Origin: Balanoglossus misakiensis
Lineage: Eukaryota; Animalia; Hemichordata
DNA: 64,000 nt
NCBI GenBank assembly: GCA_040954595.2
Contig: CM082576.2
Location: 2,454,760-2,518,759, forward strand
Reading direction: 5' to 3'
Shown here piece by piece: positions 28,401 to 40,288 of the stretch. Within the stretch, counting starts at the first letter, position 1. The number at the start of each line of letters is the position of its first letter. Below the pieces are notes generated by a model that was given only the letters and a program-made list of their open reading frames with translations, was not told the DNA's origin and searched no databases. The position numbers were made by a program, and so were the translations under genes.

Positions 28401-30746
28401 ATCAAGTGGGCGAAACTGAACCTTAGTCATAAATGTCTGCACATTTTCACACTTCCACCACTCAGTCTGTTTCCCCTCCAGCAGCGTCTATTACATCCAT
28501 ATCAAATTGCATTTCAAAACTGTGATATAAACTTCCTTTTGTCTGCATCCATCTCGGTGGAAACTCTTTGGACGGTCATCTTTCCACGACCCTGGCCTCT
28601 GAATCAACTATCAGCCTTGTAACTATGACGACCTAGCTACACATTTGAGTTATCCCAAAAATCTCTGATCATGCCAAGAATGAAATAAAATGTCTCATGT
28701 CCAATATATGTGGGTAACTGCAATGTCATCATTTTGTTGACAATAACCTGATGATGATGGCATGCCATTTTGGTGATACATGACTCGCCTCTGAAATTTG
28801 AAATCTGCACAGCTCTGCCAAATACCTCTCCCGTTATAAACAGCTGTCTCTATCAGTTATTCTACACAGGCAGCATACCAAACTATTTGAATCAATGGAT
28901 AGACCTCAAGGAACTCAGTAACGTCAAGCCTTCCTAGAATTTATCAGTGAAAGTGTCACAACAAATCGACAAACTCAAAATAAAGATCTTCAATACTGAA
29001 TAGTGTACACTGGAGGTGTATGTGTGACACTCGCTGTTTTGTTGCGCTCTCAAAAACTTCACGAATAGACCCAGGCCTTCAAAGCCTCAGTGATTCTACA
29101 TTAGATGCTCCCAATAACCCAACCCACCACCAGTGAAAAGAGCATAAGAAAGTTGTCGGTGCCCCTTTCCCCTTTCAAGAGCACAACAAAGACCAACGTA
29201 AACAAAGTGACTCCTTTCATATGCAAATCAGGTTATAGATCCAGCTCTTCCTCAGTTCTGAAGCCACAGTTCAATAGCTACAGAACATCAATATTTTGGG
29301 GGGAAAGACAATCAATTTACCATCTCACAAAGCATGATAATACGCAGCTTCAGGGACCAACACAATGAAAAGATTGTCACCACTCTAAAGGAATTATCAA
29401 AAACCTGTCACTGAGCCCATCTGGAAGGAACAACAAATAACATGTGCTGAATGACAAATTGTAGTTTGTCAAATGATCACGCACTTTGACTCTGTCAATG
29501 TCATTGTTTTGACATTTTCTTGTTGTACTTAAACATTTCCTTTACATTCAGCAATTACCCACATGGTTAATGAAGTGTCCTTATTTTTACAATACATGTA
29601 GGCTAGATGCATCTGACGTGGATGGAAGGAATTCCAAACTTTTGCCCCGCAGCAACTTTGAATATTAATTTGTGAGGCTTGCTGGTTGGTTCTTCTTCCT
29701 GATAACCATGGTAATTATTCTTCATAACATTTTTGCTGCTTTTCATAATTTTGTTCCTGTGATGCACAACCTCTTCTGTAAAATTTCTCAGCCCCCCCCC
29801 CCCCCCCCCCCCCCCATGCACTTGTAAAAGCTTCCGCGGAAAGCTTGTGCCTTATGACGATTACACTTAGTCTCTGACAAGTTATTATACGGTATAGTTT
29901 ATGATGGTATAAAACTTCACACCACAGACTGAATATTGACAATTTTCTATCAAAAATGTATCCATGTATAGGTGTCATTTGATTGTCCTGCATTTTACAG
30001 ACCAAGCTGGATTTATCTGACAAACTTGTTCTCTAGTAAGGACTGGGGTCAAATGAGTGCCTATATATGGATACACTTTGACGTGCATCACCCAAGTGTA
30101 CTGGTGAAATTATTACAAAAATCTGTACCAATCATGAGAGAAGGCCATCTGGAAGAGATTTTCAGCAGCTGTGTACCATCTTGTGCCAAATACTCTAAAC
30201 ACCTAACATCAAATTTTGACATTTACAAATGTAAGCCCAGTGCGCACACTACATACACGTGATCAGATGTACGTTTCAACTACCCCTCACTCACAGATGG
30301 GTGCCAGAGTTTAGTCAGGTGACACCCTTGACTTCTATAACTGTATGAAGACGGTACAGCCAAATGCTGGTCCATAACATCTTTGTGTTGAGTTATAGAC
30401 GGTATAAACTGAAATGTCCTGCCAGGCATGCTATCTTTATCCTGTCCGGTGACATTCCTTTCCTTTTCACATGCAGCAGCACAACGTTACGTGTATTTAT
30501 GCAACAACGGCTGGCGATCAAACAAAGTGAACCGTGAGATAAAATAGCCACTCCCACTCGAACCATTCGCTCAGCTCAGCACAACTTACCCAGTTCTTCT
30601 ACGAGTTGTAACATCAATCCTCCGATGTGCACATCGCCCCTTACCCTTAACATTCTCTCGGTTTGCAAATCTGTGACATATATACTGAGTTCCCACGAAC
30701 CGTCGGCATATTTGCCGTCCGGCAACTTGAACATATGCGGTTCCAT
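4474..30746 (-). CDS. FERMT: Kindlin (fermitin family / UNC-112 homologue), 11 coding exons, ~754 aa
   Basis: Exons 30590-30746, 13762-13995, 8499-9066, 7984-8194, 7398-7553, 7057-7106, 6813-6937, 5953-6059, 5396-5614, 4956-5102, 4474-4764; all GT-AG and in frame (2265 nt). Motifs: [14 protein letters not shown] and WSDHALWWP (F0), IRHPEELS plus poly-Lys loop (F1), [13 protein letters not shown] (F2), [14 protein letters not shown] (PH), [23 protein letters not shown]-terminal [33 protein letters not shown] (F3). Confidence 0.97.
7291..7375. mobile_element. Short piggyBac-like MITE, copy 1 (kindlin intron)
   Basis: TTAA|CCCTTTCA...TGAAAGGG terminal inverted repeats; the internal sequence aligns by eye with the reverse complement of 36188-36273. 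The right-hand TTAA is degenerate. Confidence 0.65.
9657..10606. mobile_element. Non-autonomous foldback/Mutator-like DNA transposon in kindlin intron 2
   Basis: Long near-identical inverted arms (9657-9857 and 10379-10606) with internal GGACT tandem repeats; flanked by the direct repeat GTAATACTAC (9647-9656 and 10607-10616); no transposase ORF. Confidence 0.85.
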
Positions 30747-32746
30747 TTTCAGAGTGAAAACGTCTTTCGGTCTGGGATTTTTCTATCAATAGTCCAGGAG
30801 AGATCTCATGTATTACAACACTGAACAAAGATATGTTCAAAGTCCGATTGTCCAATATTCCCTGTGAATGTCGAATGAAGAGTTAGGGTTCACAAAGAAA
30901 CGGCAGCAGTTAAAATGTTCCAACACTTCCTCGGTCCTATACGACTAGAAATGAATGCACCCAATATCAACAATGACAATAGCAGCGTTACGTTTGAAGA
31001 GAACGACGTCGTCGAAAGATAAGGGACCAGCCCACTTGTTCATCAACTGAGGAACGCTCCCTGTATCCACAAGTACACTCCGATTCTGTGCGATCTTCTG
31101 ATCGTAAAACCCTTATATGGGTCAAGTTAACGGCCAACCGGTTCGGGGTTGGCTATGATGTACGTCAGAGTACGAAGAAGTGACTAAACACACAGCAGCC
31201 TCGATAGGTTCACGTTGCCCACGCACTAATCACCAGACGAGACGTAGATCAGTTCAACTATCCCCCAGTAACATGCCGGAAGTCTGCAGCAGTTCCATAC
31301 TAATATGGGCGTCTTTGTCTATGGAATTTTGACAGCGAGGTACACAGACTTCCCCGAAGTATCGAGCGGGTCAGTCTCACACCACAGTATCAGTGCATTA
31401 CAATCGCCCGTATATCCTTTTTTGGTGATCACTTATTCTAATGTCACAATATACGTCACAGAAACTATCCTGTGATTGGATGACAGCCAAAATTTTGAGG
31501 GCGCTGTCAATTTCAACTCATAACATAAATCTATTATCATTGGATCAAAATTTGGTTAAAGATGCATTAAAGTACACCCATAATTGAGATGATGATTTTC
31601 AGTAGAGTGATTAGAATTGAGCATGCAAATAATGCAACCAAAATCGGTAATACAGACAACTTCTGGGCGAACATCGGAAAACCAATCAGATGTTGCGATA
31701 CAAATAGGTGGTCATGTTAGCTATAGTAAATCATCAACGTGTGTATTATGCGATTACATCATACTGCCCTTGCTGGCTGGCCTGAGCATGTTGAGAATCA
31801 AATAGAGAGCGCCATCAGTCACTTGTGTAGTTTTTTCCCCTTTTTTATTTAGTGGCAGAATATCTCCATGACAACAAAACTTTTATTAAAGGAAGAAAAA
31901 AACAGTCCAACAACAGATGAAAATGATCAGAAAGTTACTGCTAAATCCATTCATCATTTCTTACATCTATTTCTTGAAATTAGAATCATGCTTAAAAGGC
32001 AACAATAAGCTGTTAATCACATAACATCTTCATATGAACATTAAAATAGCTCTGCAGAATAAAGTTATAATATTTTGAAATACATATTTACACTGATTCA
32101 TGGAAAGTTTCCCTTCCTGTTCATTGTTTGGTGTCTGTGCTATGTCAAAAGTGTTAGCATTCAAGCAAACACTGAAAACTAGTAATATTCTAAAAAAAAT
32201 ATTTTAAAGTGAACGTACATGGTCTCTGCATTTAAGCATTTCTCTCTGTGCTGTATAAATGAATGAATGAATGAACAAATGAGTGAATGTATGTTAACTT
32301 TCCAAAATCTCACCTAATATATGTGCTCAAAACTCATCACAGGTACTGGACGTTTTTATACTTTGAAAAAAACTAAAATTTTCTTATTATTGAAACTGCA
32401 ATGCAGCTCAGTTGACACACTAAGTACATATACCTCACTCAAAGTGATCATTTCAGAAGGAAAAAAACAACACTACGATAGACATAAAAACTTGTCTACA
32501 TTGAACTCCCCCTGGTTTGTCTTATTTGTCCTGACCAACTCTTTGAAGCAAGATTCTCCAATTTTCATCGAATCCATGCAATAATCATACACATAATTTC
32601 ACATATCACAAAGATTGAAATTAATATTAATGATTTAGATTCTGTACTTAGTGTCATCAACAGAAAAGTGAGTTGGATTGATGTTTTCTGAAAGTGTTTA
32701 GGTGTTGAAATTCCTAGGAAATTGTGTCGCATGCACTTTCCCACAT

Positions 32747-35700
32747 TTATTGTGGAAAATCTTCTGGAGCAAGACCTGTGAGGTCAGTCATGTCCAATGT
32801 TGAGAATGGTGGGACGTTCCCTTCAATCTGGTCTCCAAGTTCTATGCTATTACAAAACGGCAGATGTACAGAGTCTGTGAAGTTTTCCACCATGATGTCT
32901 TGCTGTTCAAAAACACCAGACATGACGTCGTTGAACTCTGCTGCTGTCGTCGTCGCTGCAGCGGTCGTGGCGAGTGATTTGGCATCTGCAAGATGTTGCT
33001 GCTGAAGCAGTAAGTTGTGGTCTGCGGCGTGAACTCCCAGTCCTGCCCCGCCCAGTGCCATAACATCAATGCCGTGGTACGGCACCGCTGACGCACCGCT
33101 CGATGACAGCAAAGTCGCGTTGGTCGTGGTTGTTGTACTAGTGGAACTCGCCGTCTGTGGAAGTGGAGCCACGATTGTGTTGCCAAAACTGGTGTGACCG
33201 ATGCTGCTGAATGACAGCGATGCAGTTGATGACATAGGTGGCGGCATCATAGAAGCATTGTTTGTAACTGTGTGTACTCCTCCCCCACATGATGCCGGTG
33301 ATTTCGCTAAAAGAGAGAAACATACCAAACAAATTAAATGCAATAGAAACAAGACTCTGACAGCTCTCTCGTGTAACCAAGACAACACTAGAATGGACAG
33401 TTTAGTCTCTGAAACAAAATACCAACCTTCTTGTTTGACAGCTAGCTTCCGCCTCAATAACTCCTTGGTACCCAGTTTCTTCTCTCGGCCTGCTGGGTTC
33501 TGAGAAAGACCAGGCGGAGGAAGGGGTTCATCTACAGAAACAAAAAAATATCACAAAAGTTGCTCAGTGAAGTTCCTTCAAAGTGAAATATACCCCATGC
33601 TTGGGGTAGTAAACATTGCAACTTCTGAGATCATCACAGCAGATTTCAAATGCCATGATTTTAATTTTATAGCATTGAACTTCCATCCAATGTAACCCTG
33701 ACTATTGAGAAGGAAAAAAAAACACATTCTGTAGTAGCCTTTTGTGCAATCTTCCCTTCTATTGTGCAAAACAGCATATGTTATCATACTCAAAAATTGT
33801 ACTCACTTTTGACACTCTTCTGCTTTGATGGCAAAACATATTTTTCCAGTTGTCCTATTTTTCTTTTCCTCTTTCCTTCAATAATTTGCATATCTGGAAG
33901 ACAAAAGATAAACTTCCATTTATTTCATTTCATCAGTTTCAATTCTATTATTTATGAACAGACATTTTCTCACTTTGGTGCATCACTAGCGTTTTAAACC
34001 ATTGATCCGCAGAAAATCACATAGATGGAAAAACTCACCATTTTCTGCTGGTTTGTACTTAAAGTCGAATGGCTCTGAACATTCATTATCAGAAGGACGC
34101 CGTAAGACCATTTGTATCGTGACAGGTTCTGTTATCGACTGGTCGACGTACGGCGGCGTTTTCACAACAATGGCAACCTAAGGGTGCAAGAGCATCAAGT
34201 TACAAATGGGTAGCAGATTGGGGTTGTCAGGTATGGTTCAAGTCATGCATGAGCCGTATTCTAAAAAAAAATATTCATGCTCATCATGCATCTTATTTGA
34301 GTCTGCTTGGATAATTTTCCACCAAATGAAGGTTCTAGGACCAAATTCCTTTTTGGATTCATCTTGCACCAAGAATTCTTGCAGGGGGCAACAGGACTGG
34401 AAAGAGGTGTACTGTAGGAAATGTCCAGACCCTTGGGCCTTTCTACAAACCTACCTGTCTATGAACATCACTTTGTCCAAATTTTCCCTTCTCTTCCCAG
34501 TGTCTGTCAATATCGATGAAAACAACTTCAATGTCATCTGCAAGAAAAAAAAGTTTTGAATCAATGGTGACCTTGAGAGAAACAGATTCAGGTTGAGATT
34601 ATTCAGTTAAAAATATTTCAGACTGGGGTCATTTAAGTTCAGGGTCATACAGGAATGAGACATGCACGTCATCACCATATTGTTCCTGTTTATTAACAGA
34701 ATAACAATGAACAGAAGCAAAATACTTAATACCACTGTAATTATTAAGCAATAAATAAAGCAATATGACACTGACCTTTCTGTATTTTGTCACACAGAAT
34801 AAAGATATCTTCATTCCCATGAACACTTCCCGCATGTTTGTCAACCCTGGAGATGTGAAGTGTGGCGCCCTCTACAGATTCAATTGAGAAATATGTTGTT
34901 AGCTGACGTCGACTCTCACCGAAACTTTGAACAACAAATGAAATAAAAGTAATTCACAACAAACAGCTATTTTAGCTGCTTGATCTGACTAAACAAAATA
35001 CCATTCTATGGACTTTAAATGATTTCATTTTTCCTTGTTTTGAGACTGAAGTGTACAATGGATCAGGAAACAAGGTCATGACTCATCATGATTCAATGGC
35101 TTTTCCTAGTTGCCATAGAAACTGACTACCAAATTGTGTCACATCAGCCAGCCACCTATTTGGCAACAGTTGAATGGAGGGGTCTCACATTCCATTGTGG
35201 CTTTCGAAATTGCTCTTGAATTGTTTTACATGTTGAATCATTCCATGTTCTAGTTTTATTATACACCAAGAGTCTGAGACCTCCCACAGGCAACATTTGC
35301 AAGCGCCGAGTCCAACTCTGACCATTCCACGACTCTGATTAGTACACATCAATGACTACTTCAGCTCCGCCACCCGTTTTCTTCTGTATAGCTCCAACTT
35401 TTACCACAGAAAACAATGAATTTGGACCACACCACTGTGATATGAGGGTCAAGAAAAAGATGGGAAAGATAGTGACTTACTTTTATCGTAGATGGGCTTC
35501 GATACAACTGGGTTGAGAGCTCGTGTGAACTTCTTCTCTTGGTTGGGATTTTGTGGATCAACTACCGGCAGGAACACCTGGAAACACAGCCTGACTACAT
35601 TCAGTTCAAAATCTTCAGGATTGAATTTGTGTCCTTTCTGAAATGCTGTGATGTAAAATGGGAGACAACACTTGTTAAGGAAACAAACACTTTTTGCACG

Positions 35701-37096
35701 GGAGATTTTTCACAGGAGAGTGACATGGATTTTGCCAACTGATCATTACTTTCAAAATTCATGTACAGTATAACAGCATGCAAGAAATTCACTCATCTTC
35801 CTTGGTGGCTTAATGAGAAAAGAATGTCTTGAGAGCAAAGCATGAAAAATGCTCATAACTAAAATAGAAGTTGTGACACTTACTGCTAAAGGGATCAACG
35901 CCAAGGTCTTTCCTTTTTTGCAGTGCATCATGAATGTCCTTCTTTCGAACACACTGGATCCCAAGATTCTGAAAACTGAGAAAAAACAAAACAAAAGGTC
36001 TAGTTATTTAATTGTTTTCTTGAAATAACTATGCCCCAACATGTTTCACATTCAGATGCTTACCTGACAGTGGATACTGGTATCTCCGAACTCCATGAAA
36101 ATAACATGGGTGAACATACTTCAAGAAAAGTGGCCACTCAGGCAGCAAAAAGACACCAACAATCACAATAGAACTTCTGCTCATTAACCCTTTCACCACC
36201 ATGGTTTAGTCCAAATCCATTGTTTTTTATGGTGAATTTGGACCTCTATACTAGGGTCAAGGGGGTGAAAGGGTTAAACAGCACCAGCAAAAAGCCTTAG
36301 AAATCACAAGAAACAAAACAAATTTGACAAAATTTCAGTAACTTACCATCCCGTCATGTTTGTTTCTCTGGACACCTTCATGGTACAAATGCCTTTGTTG
36401 CAACCCTTGCCCACAAGGCTGTGAGGGTGTGGCTTGGCAGGGTCTTCTACTGTCACCAAGGAAACCACGATCATGGCTTCACCTTCATAGTTTTGTATCT
36501 GAACAGGGGAAAGAATTTGTCAAGCATAAGCGTTAAGTTTTGATACGAATAAGAAACCTGTGTTCAACCTTAAAATGAAGTAATGACAAATCACATGTTT
36601 TCTTCCTTGTTCATCTCAAAAAATGATATTTGATACTTTCATCTTAGGATATGTAGTTGCAGGGCTTGAAATTAGCAGTAGTCACATGCCAACTAACTAC
36701 CAATTGCTTCTTACTGTAGTTACTGACTACTAACTTTGCAAAATATTAGTCACCACTGACTACCAGTAGGTGCAGCCATCTCAGCTGCGCTTTTAAACAG
36801 GCAGAAAGTTGACTCAAATGTAACATAGAGAAAAATATAACCAGACTGTCACTCCATCAAATCTGGAAAACACTCTCATAAGTAAGCCTTTACTCTTTAC
36901 CTTGACTGTTGGAAACGTCTTTTTGTCGGGTGTTGAATTCTCCCCGGCTAGACTCCCTGCCGACCGGCCTTCACAAACATATCGAAACCGCTGTCCCCTG
37001 GATTTGCACTGTTCAATTATCTCGGCATACGGCATCTCGCCATTAACAGCTGCGGCCTGTGTAGGCACAGCTGATGTATGTCTTTTCTGCTGCCTC

Positions 37097-37137
<41 letters not shown>

Positions 37138-37956
37138 TTGTTGAAGAAGCTGTTGATTGTAGTGCTGCTCTTGTACCTGCAACAACTGTTGCTGTATTTC
37201 TAGGATGCGTCGCTCATCCGAGGAATGCCTGCCTTCCAGTCTCTCCCTGTCTGGTGCCAGGAAGTCTGAAATGAGAGTTGTTGATTATTTACTCTAGTTA
37301 CAGACACAGGACAATAAAAAAGCAGACACAATCACATTGTAACTTCTACCTTACTCATTGAGATGAGACGTACCCCATGCACATTTACTTTTATATACAC
37401 TCCACTTATACATCTCCCAAACTGAAAGCAATGCCATGACAGTTACTGTAAAAGTGTCACCAAGCTTATTGTAATCCAAGCAAGAAACACACACATGCAC
37501 ACTGTGTGGATGTCATTCTCAAAAGAGCTCATCAAAACTGTCGTACCGCCATGATCAAATCCACATATTTCACAGCCTTAACTTGACTCACTGCTTACCC
37601 ACCTGTGTGTGGGATGCTTATCTTGGCGTGGTTTGTGAAAGCACGACTTTTTTTTCAAAAATTCAGGATGTATGTTTCGCTTTTGATAAATAATGAGCAG
37701 TTTTGTTTCATTTCACCTTATGAGTTTTGCCCATAATATACCAAATATTAGTGATTGACACAGCTGATTTTGCCCATGGCCTGATCATGGATCGAATATA
37801 ACTCCTTTTCAAACAACACAGTACATATAACAAAGCGGAAAAATTGTTCCAGAATAAAAGAAAAATGTCAAGTTCTATATGGAGATGCATACCGATTTCT
37901 TGCAGGTCCTCTGGTAGATCAGAGTTCATCATCCAGTCCATTTGATTCACTGCCAT
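32747..37956 (-). CDS. REL: Rel/Dorsal-class NF-kappaB transcription factor, 11 coding exons, ~635 aa, no ankyrin repeats
   Basis: Exons 37893-37956, 36901-37265, 36347-36498, 35884-35975, 35481-35645, 34776-34871, 34455-34537, 34039-34177, 33807-33893, 33427-33531, 32747-33306 (1908 nt, in frame). RHD motifs [55 protein letters not shown]; IPT motifs [36 protein letters not shown]; NLS KRKRK; S/T-rich then acidic C-terminus. Confidence 0.96.
36188..36273. mobile_element. Short piggyBac-like MITE, copy 2 (Rel intron)
   Basis: TTAA|CCCTTTCACC...GGTGAAAGGG|TTAA: TIRs with a TTAA target duplication on both sides; homologous to 7291-7375. Confidence 0.75.
37097..37143 (-). repeat. (CAA)n coding microsatellite, polyglutamine tract in the Rel N-terminus
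   Basis: TTG array on + strand; translates to [16 protein letters not shown] just before the RHD. Confidence 0.9.
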
Positions 37957-38083
37957 CGATTCAAGGATACGTTCTATACTGTTAAACCTCGGTCCAGCAT
38001 CTGCGTCTGTGATGTGACATCGATGAAGGAAATCGCAACGGGTTACAAAAATAAATGCACAACAAATGGTTCACATGGTCAGC

Positions 38084-38709
38084 GGGACACCCCTCTGACG
38101 TTATCTGGATGAAGAGCGTTATGCATGGGAACCCCTTTTCGAAGTTTACTTCCGGGGTATTGGTATTTAGATGCAGTGTGGGACGAGGAAGCCGATGAAA
38201 AATTCGGCCACGAACATTTGAAATCGTGTGCTGTGTGTTCGATTCGCCTCGTTATCGGCTGACAATGTGGTGTCGATATTGCAAATTCTCATCGGGAGTG
38301 CAGATATATGGAACTGGCAACTGAAGTTTGTAAACTACTGTACATCATCCCATGTATTAAAATCTAGAAGGTGGGACATAGTACATGTCTATAGTATTTT
38401 AAAGTTTAACATGAGGTACGGAATGTTCAGCTCACCTGTTCCGTCTGTCATCGTTGGCCGTAGAACAGGAGGTTTATCATGTGAAGTCCAATGACGACAA
38501 ATATAGATTGGGAAAATCCAGTCAATGATGTTGCGACGAATACAGCTACACACCTCACAGTTCCGGGAATTCCCTGCGTTTGGAGGCCATTGGTTGGTCA
38601 GAATTGATCACGTGATATTGTGATATTACAGGAAGTCTGTCGATTGAGGGCGTTATGACAGAACATACAAAAAACAAAGGAAAGGGTCTTCCCGAAGGAG
38701 GGAGTCCCC
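38084..38709. promoter_or_regulatory. Cluster of kappaB-like sites in the Rel 5' region
   Basis: GGGACACCCC 38084, GGGAACCCC 38127, GGGAAAATCC 38510, GGGAATTCCC 38565, GGGTCTTCCC 38684, GGGAGTCCCC 38700. CCAAT boxes near 38488, 38507 and 38589. A minus-strand donor (CAG|GTGAG) near 38435 suggests a non-coding first exon. Confidence 0.7.
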
Positions 38710-38966
38710 AACATCAACTCCAGTGGCAACCAGAAAACAGACTGACTGTATTGAGAATTGTGTATTGTGGATTTAAGTTTGAAATGACAAGATTTATGTG
38801 ACGAAGTGTCTGTGTTTGTCACATATTGAGATGTCGGGATATAGTTTTTATGGCATTGTTTTCCTTTCGCTTTTGAAGAATAGGTTCCATAGAAATTTAG
38901 TCATTTTTTTCTGCGCAATTCCACCATAGAACAAAAACAACCACTGAATAACTCACGCATACACCC

Positions 38967-39019
38967 AGCAACAGTAGCATCAACAACAACAACAACAACA
39001 TCATCAACAACAGCAACCA
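38967..39019. repeat. Imperfect (AAC)n microsatellite
   Basis: agcaacagtagcatcaacaacaacaacaacaacatcatcaacaacagcaacc; intergenic. Confidence 0.8.
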
Positions 39020-39566
39020 ATGTTTGTTTGTTAATGTGACTACACAACACCTGGCGACGCCAAAACCACCTGCAGGAATTATGCTACATCAATGTTGCTG
39101 ATACAACGGTTCCCCCATATATGATTATATGAATACCTGATGTTCTACATTGCGCCAGTCTTATACTTCTTGACTGTGTAACATAAACATAGACAATAAT
39201 CTTTCACGTGAAAAAATACCCCTAAAATTAACTACATAGCATTTTCGGTAATATATGTGTGGCATGACTGAGTTGGTATTTTCTGACTTCACACGACAAC
39301 TTGTTACAAAAGCACCTCGTTGTATTTCACTGCGCGCAGTGGAAGCTCCCATGATGTACTAGTACTATGATTTTGTGAGTGTGAATCTAACACTAGAATG
39401 CACTGATTAAACTAGCCAACATTTGGGCGATTCCAGGTGATTGCGAGGTGTTAGCGAGACTGCGCAACACACCTTGGTCCCGGGCTGCATTGATCACTGT
39501 ATGACTCAGTATTTCATATGCAAAGTAGCTAGAAATCTGCTGAAATTGCAGATTGCGTGGTCAGTC

Positions 39567-39610
39567 CTCACTGAACCTAAAGTTTCTTCGCTAATGTCAC
39601 GATTTATATA
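39567..39610 (+). promoter_or_regulatory. Type-3 Pol III (U6-like) promoter of Y-like RNA 1: PSE + TATA
   Basis: CTCACTGAACCTAAAGTT at about -67 and TTTATATA at about -31 from the inferred start; the PSE-like element is identical to the one before copy 3. Confidence 0.75.
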
Positions 39611-39633
39611 CGAATTGAAGCCCAGGCATTCGT

Positions 39634-39708
39634 AAGTGAGGTCCGGAGGTTGTGGATTATCTGAACTGTTGTTTACCTTCCCACACCAATATTCGACCTT
39701 CTTCTTTT
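39634..39708 (+). ncRNA. Y RNA / stem-bulge RNA-like gene, copy 1
   Basis: 5' AAGTGAGGTCCGGAGGTTGTGGATTATC ... CCACACCAATATTCGACCTTCTTCTTTT 3'. Ends pair with a bulged C (GGUC-C-GG / UC-GACC); upper stem has GUG/CAC; UUAUC at the loop start; pyrimidine-rich 3' loop; oligo-T terminator. Confidence 0.85.
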
Positions 39709-40144
39709 GAGTATGTTTTTGACGTTTGTTAGGCAAATTCAATTTAGTTCATTTATAGTTGAAACGTTGTATATTTGAGTGTGTTTATCAACTTTAGTTT
39801 ATGTTGCTAAAAAGAGTTGAATCGTCCAGAATTTATTCCAATACGAATACATGTACTTGACCTTCTTCGATGCGCTTATTCTTTCATCAACTATTAGTTA
39901 TAACGTTTTTCTTTTGCGTGTATCGACGTCGCAGGCACTATACATAAGAAACAGCGCCCTCTACAGCAATTTTGGTATGAACATACGTGGGTGACGCACA
40001 TTTTATGAATAGGTAATGACTCACATGGTTGCCTTGTTCGTGGATCGTAAACTATGAAAAACCTATTCATATACAAAGTAGCTGGCAGTCAAAATTTGCT
40101 GAAAAAGCATTACTGATCTTGTCCAAGCAATGCAATGGTCAGTG

Positions 40145-40190
40145 GCCACCCTTTGCAAAGTTTCTCTGGTAATGTTATGGCATATATGAG
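40145..40190 (+). promoter_or_regulatory. Type-3 Pol III promoter of Y-like RNA 2: PSE + TATA-like
   Basis: GCCACCCTTTGCAAAGTT at about -68 and CATATATG at about -32; same spacing as the other two copies. Confidence 0.65.
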
Positions 40191-40212
40191 AAACAAACAT
40201 GAAATCCCAAAC

Positions 40213-40288
40213 AAGTAAGGTCCGGAGGTTTATGGGTTATCAGTTATCTCTGAATTCACCTCCCATGCCAAAACTCGACCTTTATTTT
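40213..40288 (+). ncRNA. Y RNA / stem-bulge RNA-like gene, copy 2
   Basis: AAGTAAGGTCCGGAGGTTTATGGGTTATCAGTTATC...CCCATGCCAAAACTCGACCTTTATTTT. Same bulged-C lower stem; ATGGG/CCCAT upper stem; two TTATC motifs; T-run. Confidence 0.83.

Noticed and set aside
13996-30589. Many 60-130 aa ORFs in the 16.6-kb kindlin intron (possible nested gene)
   Set aside because: No domain motifs or consistent splice chain found; lengths are compatible with chance. A small alternative exon cannot be excluded.
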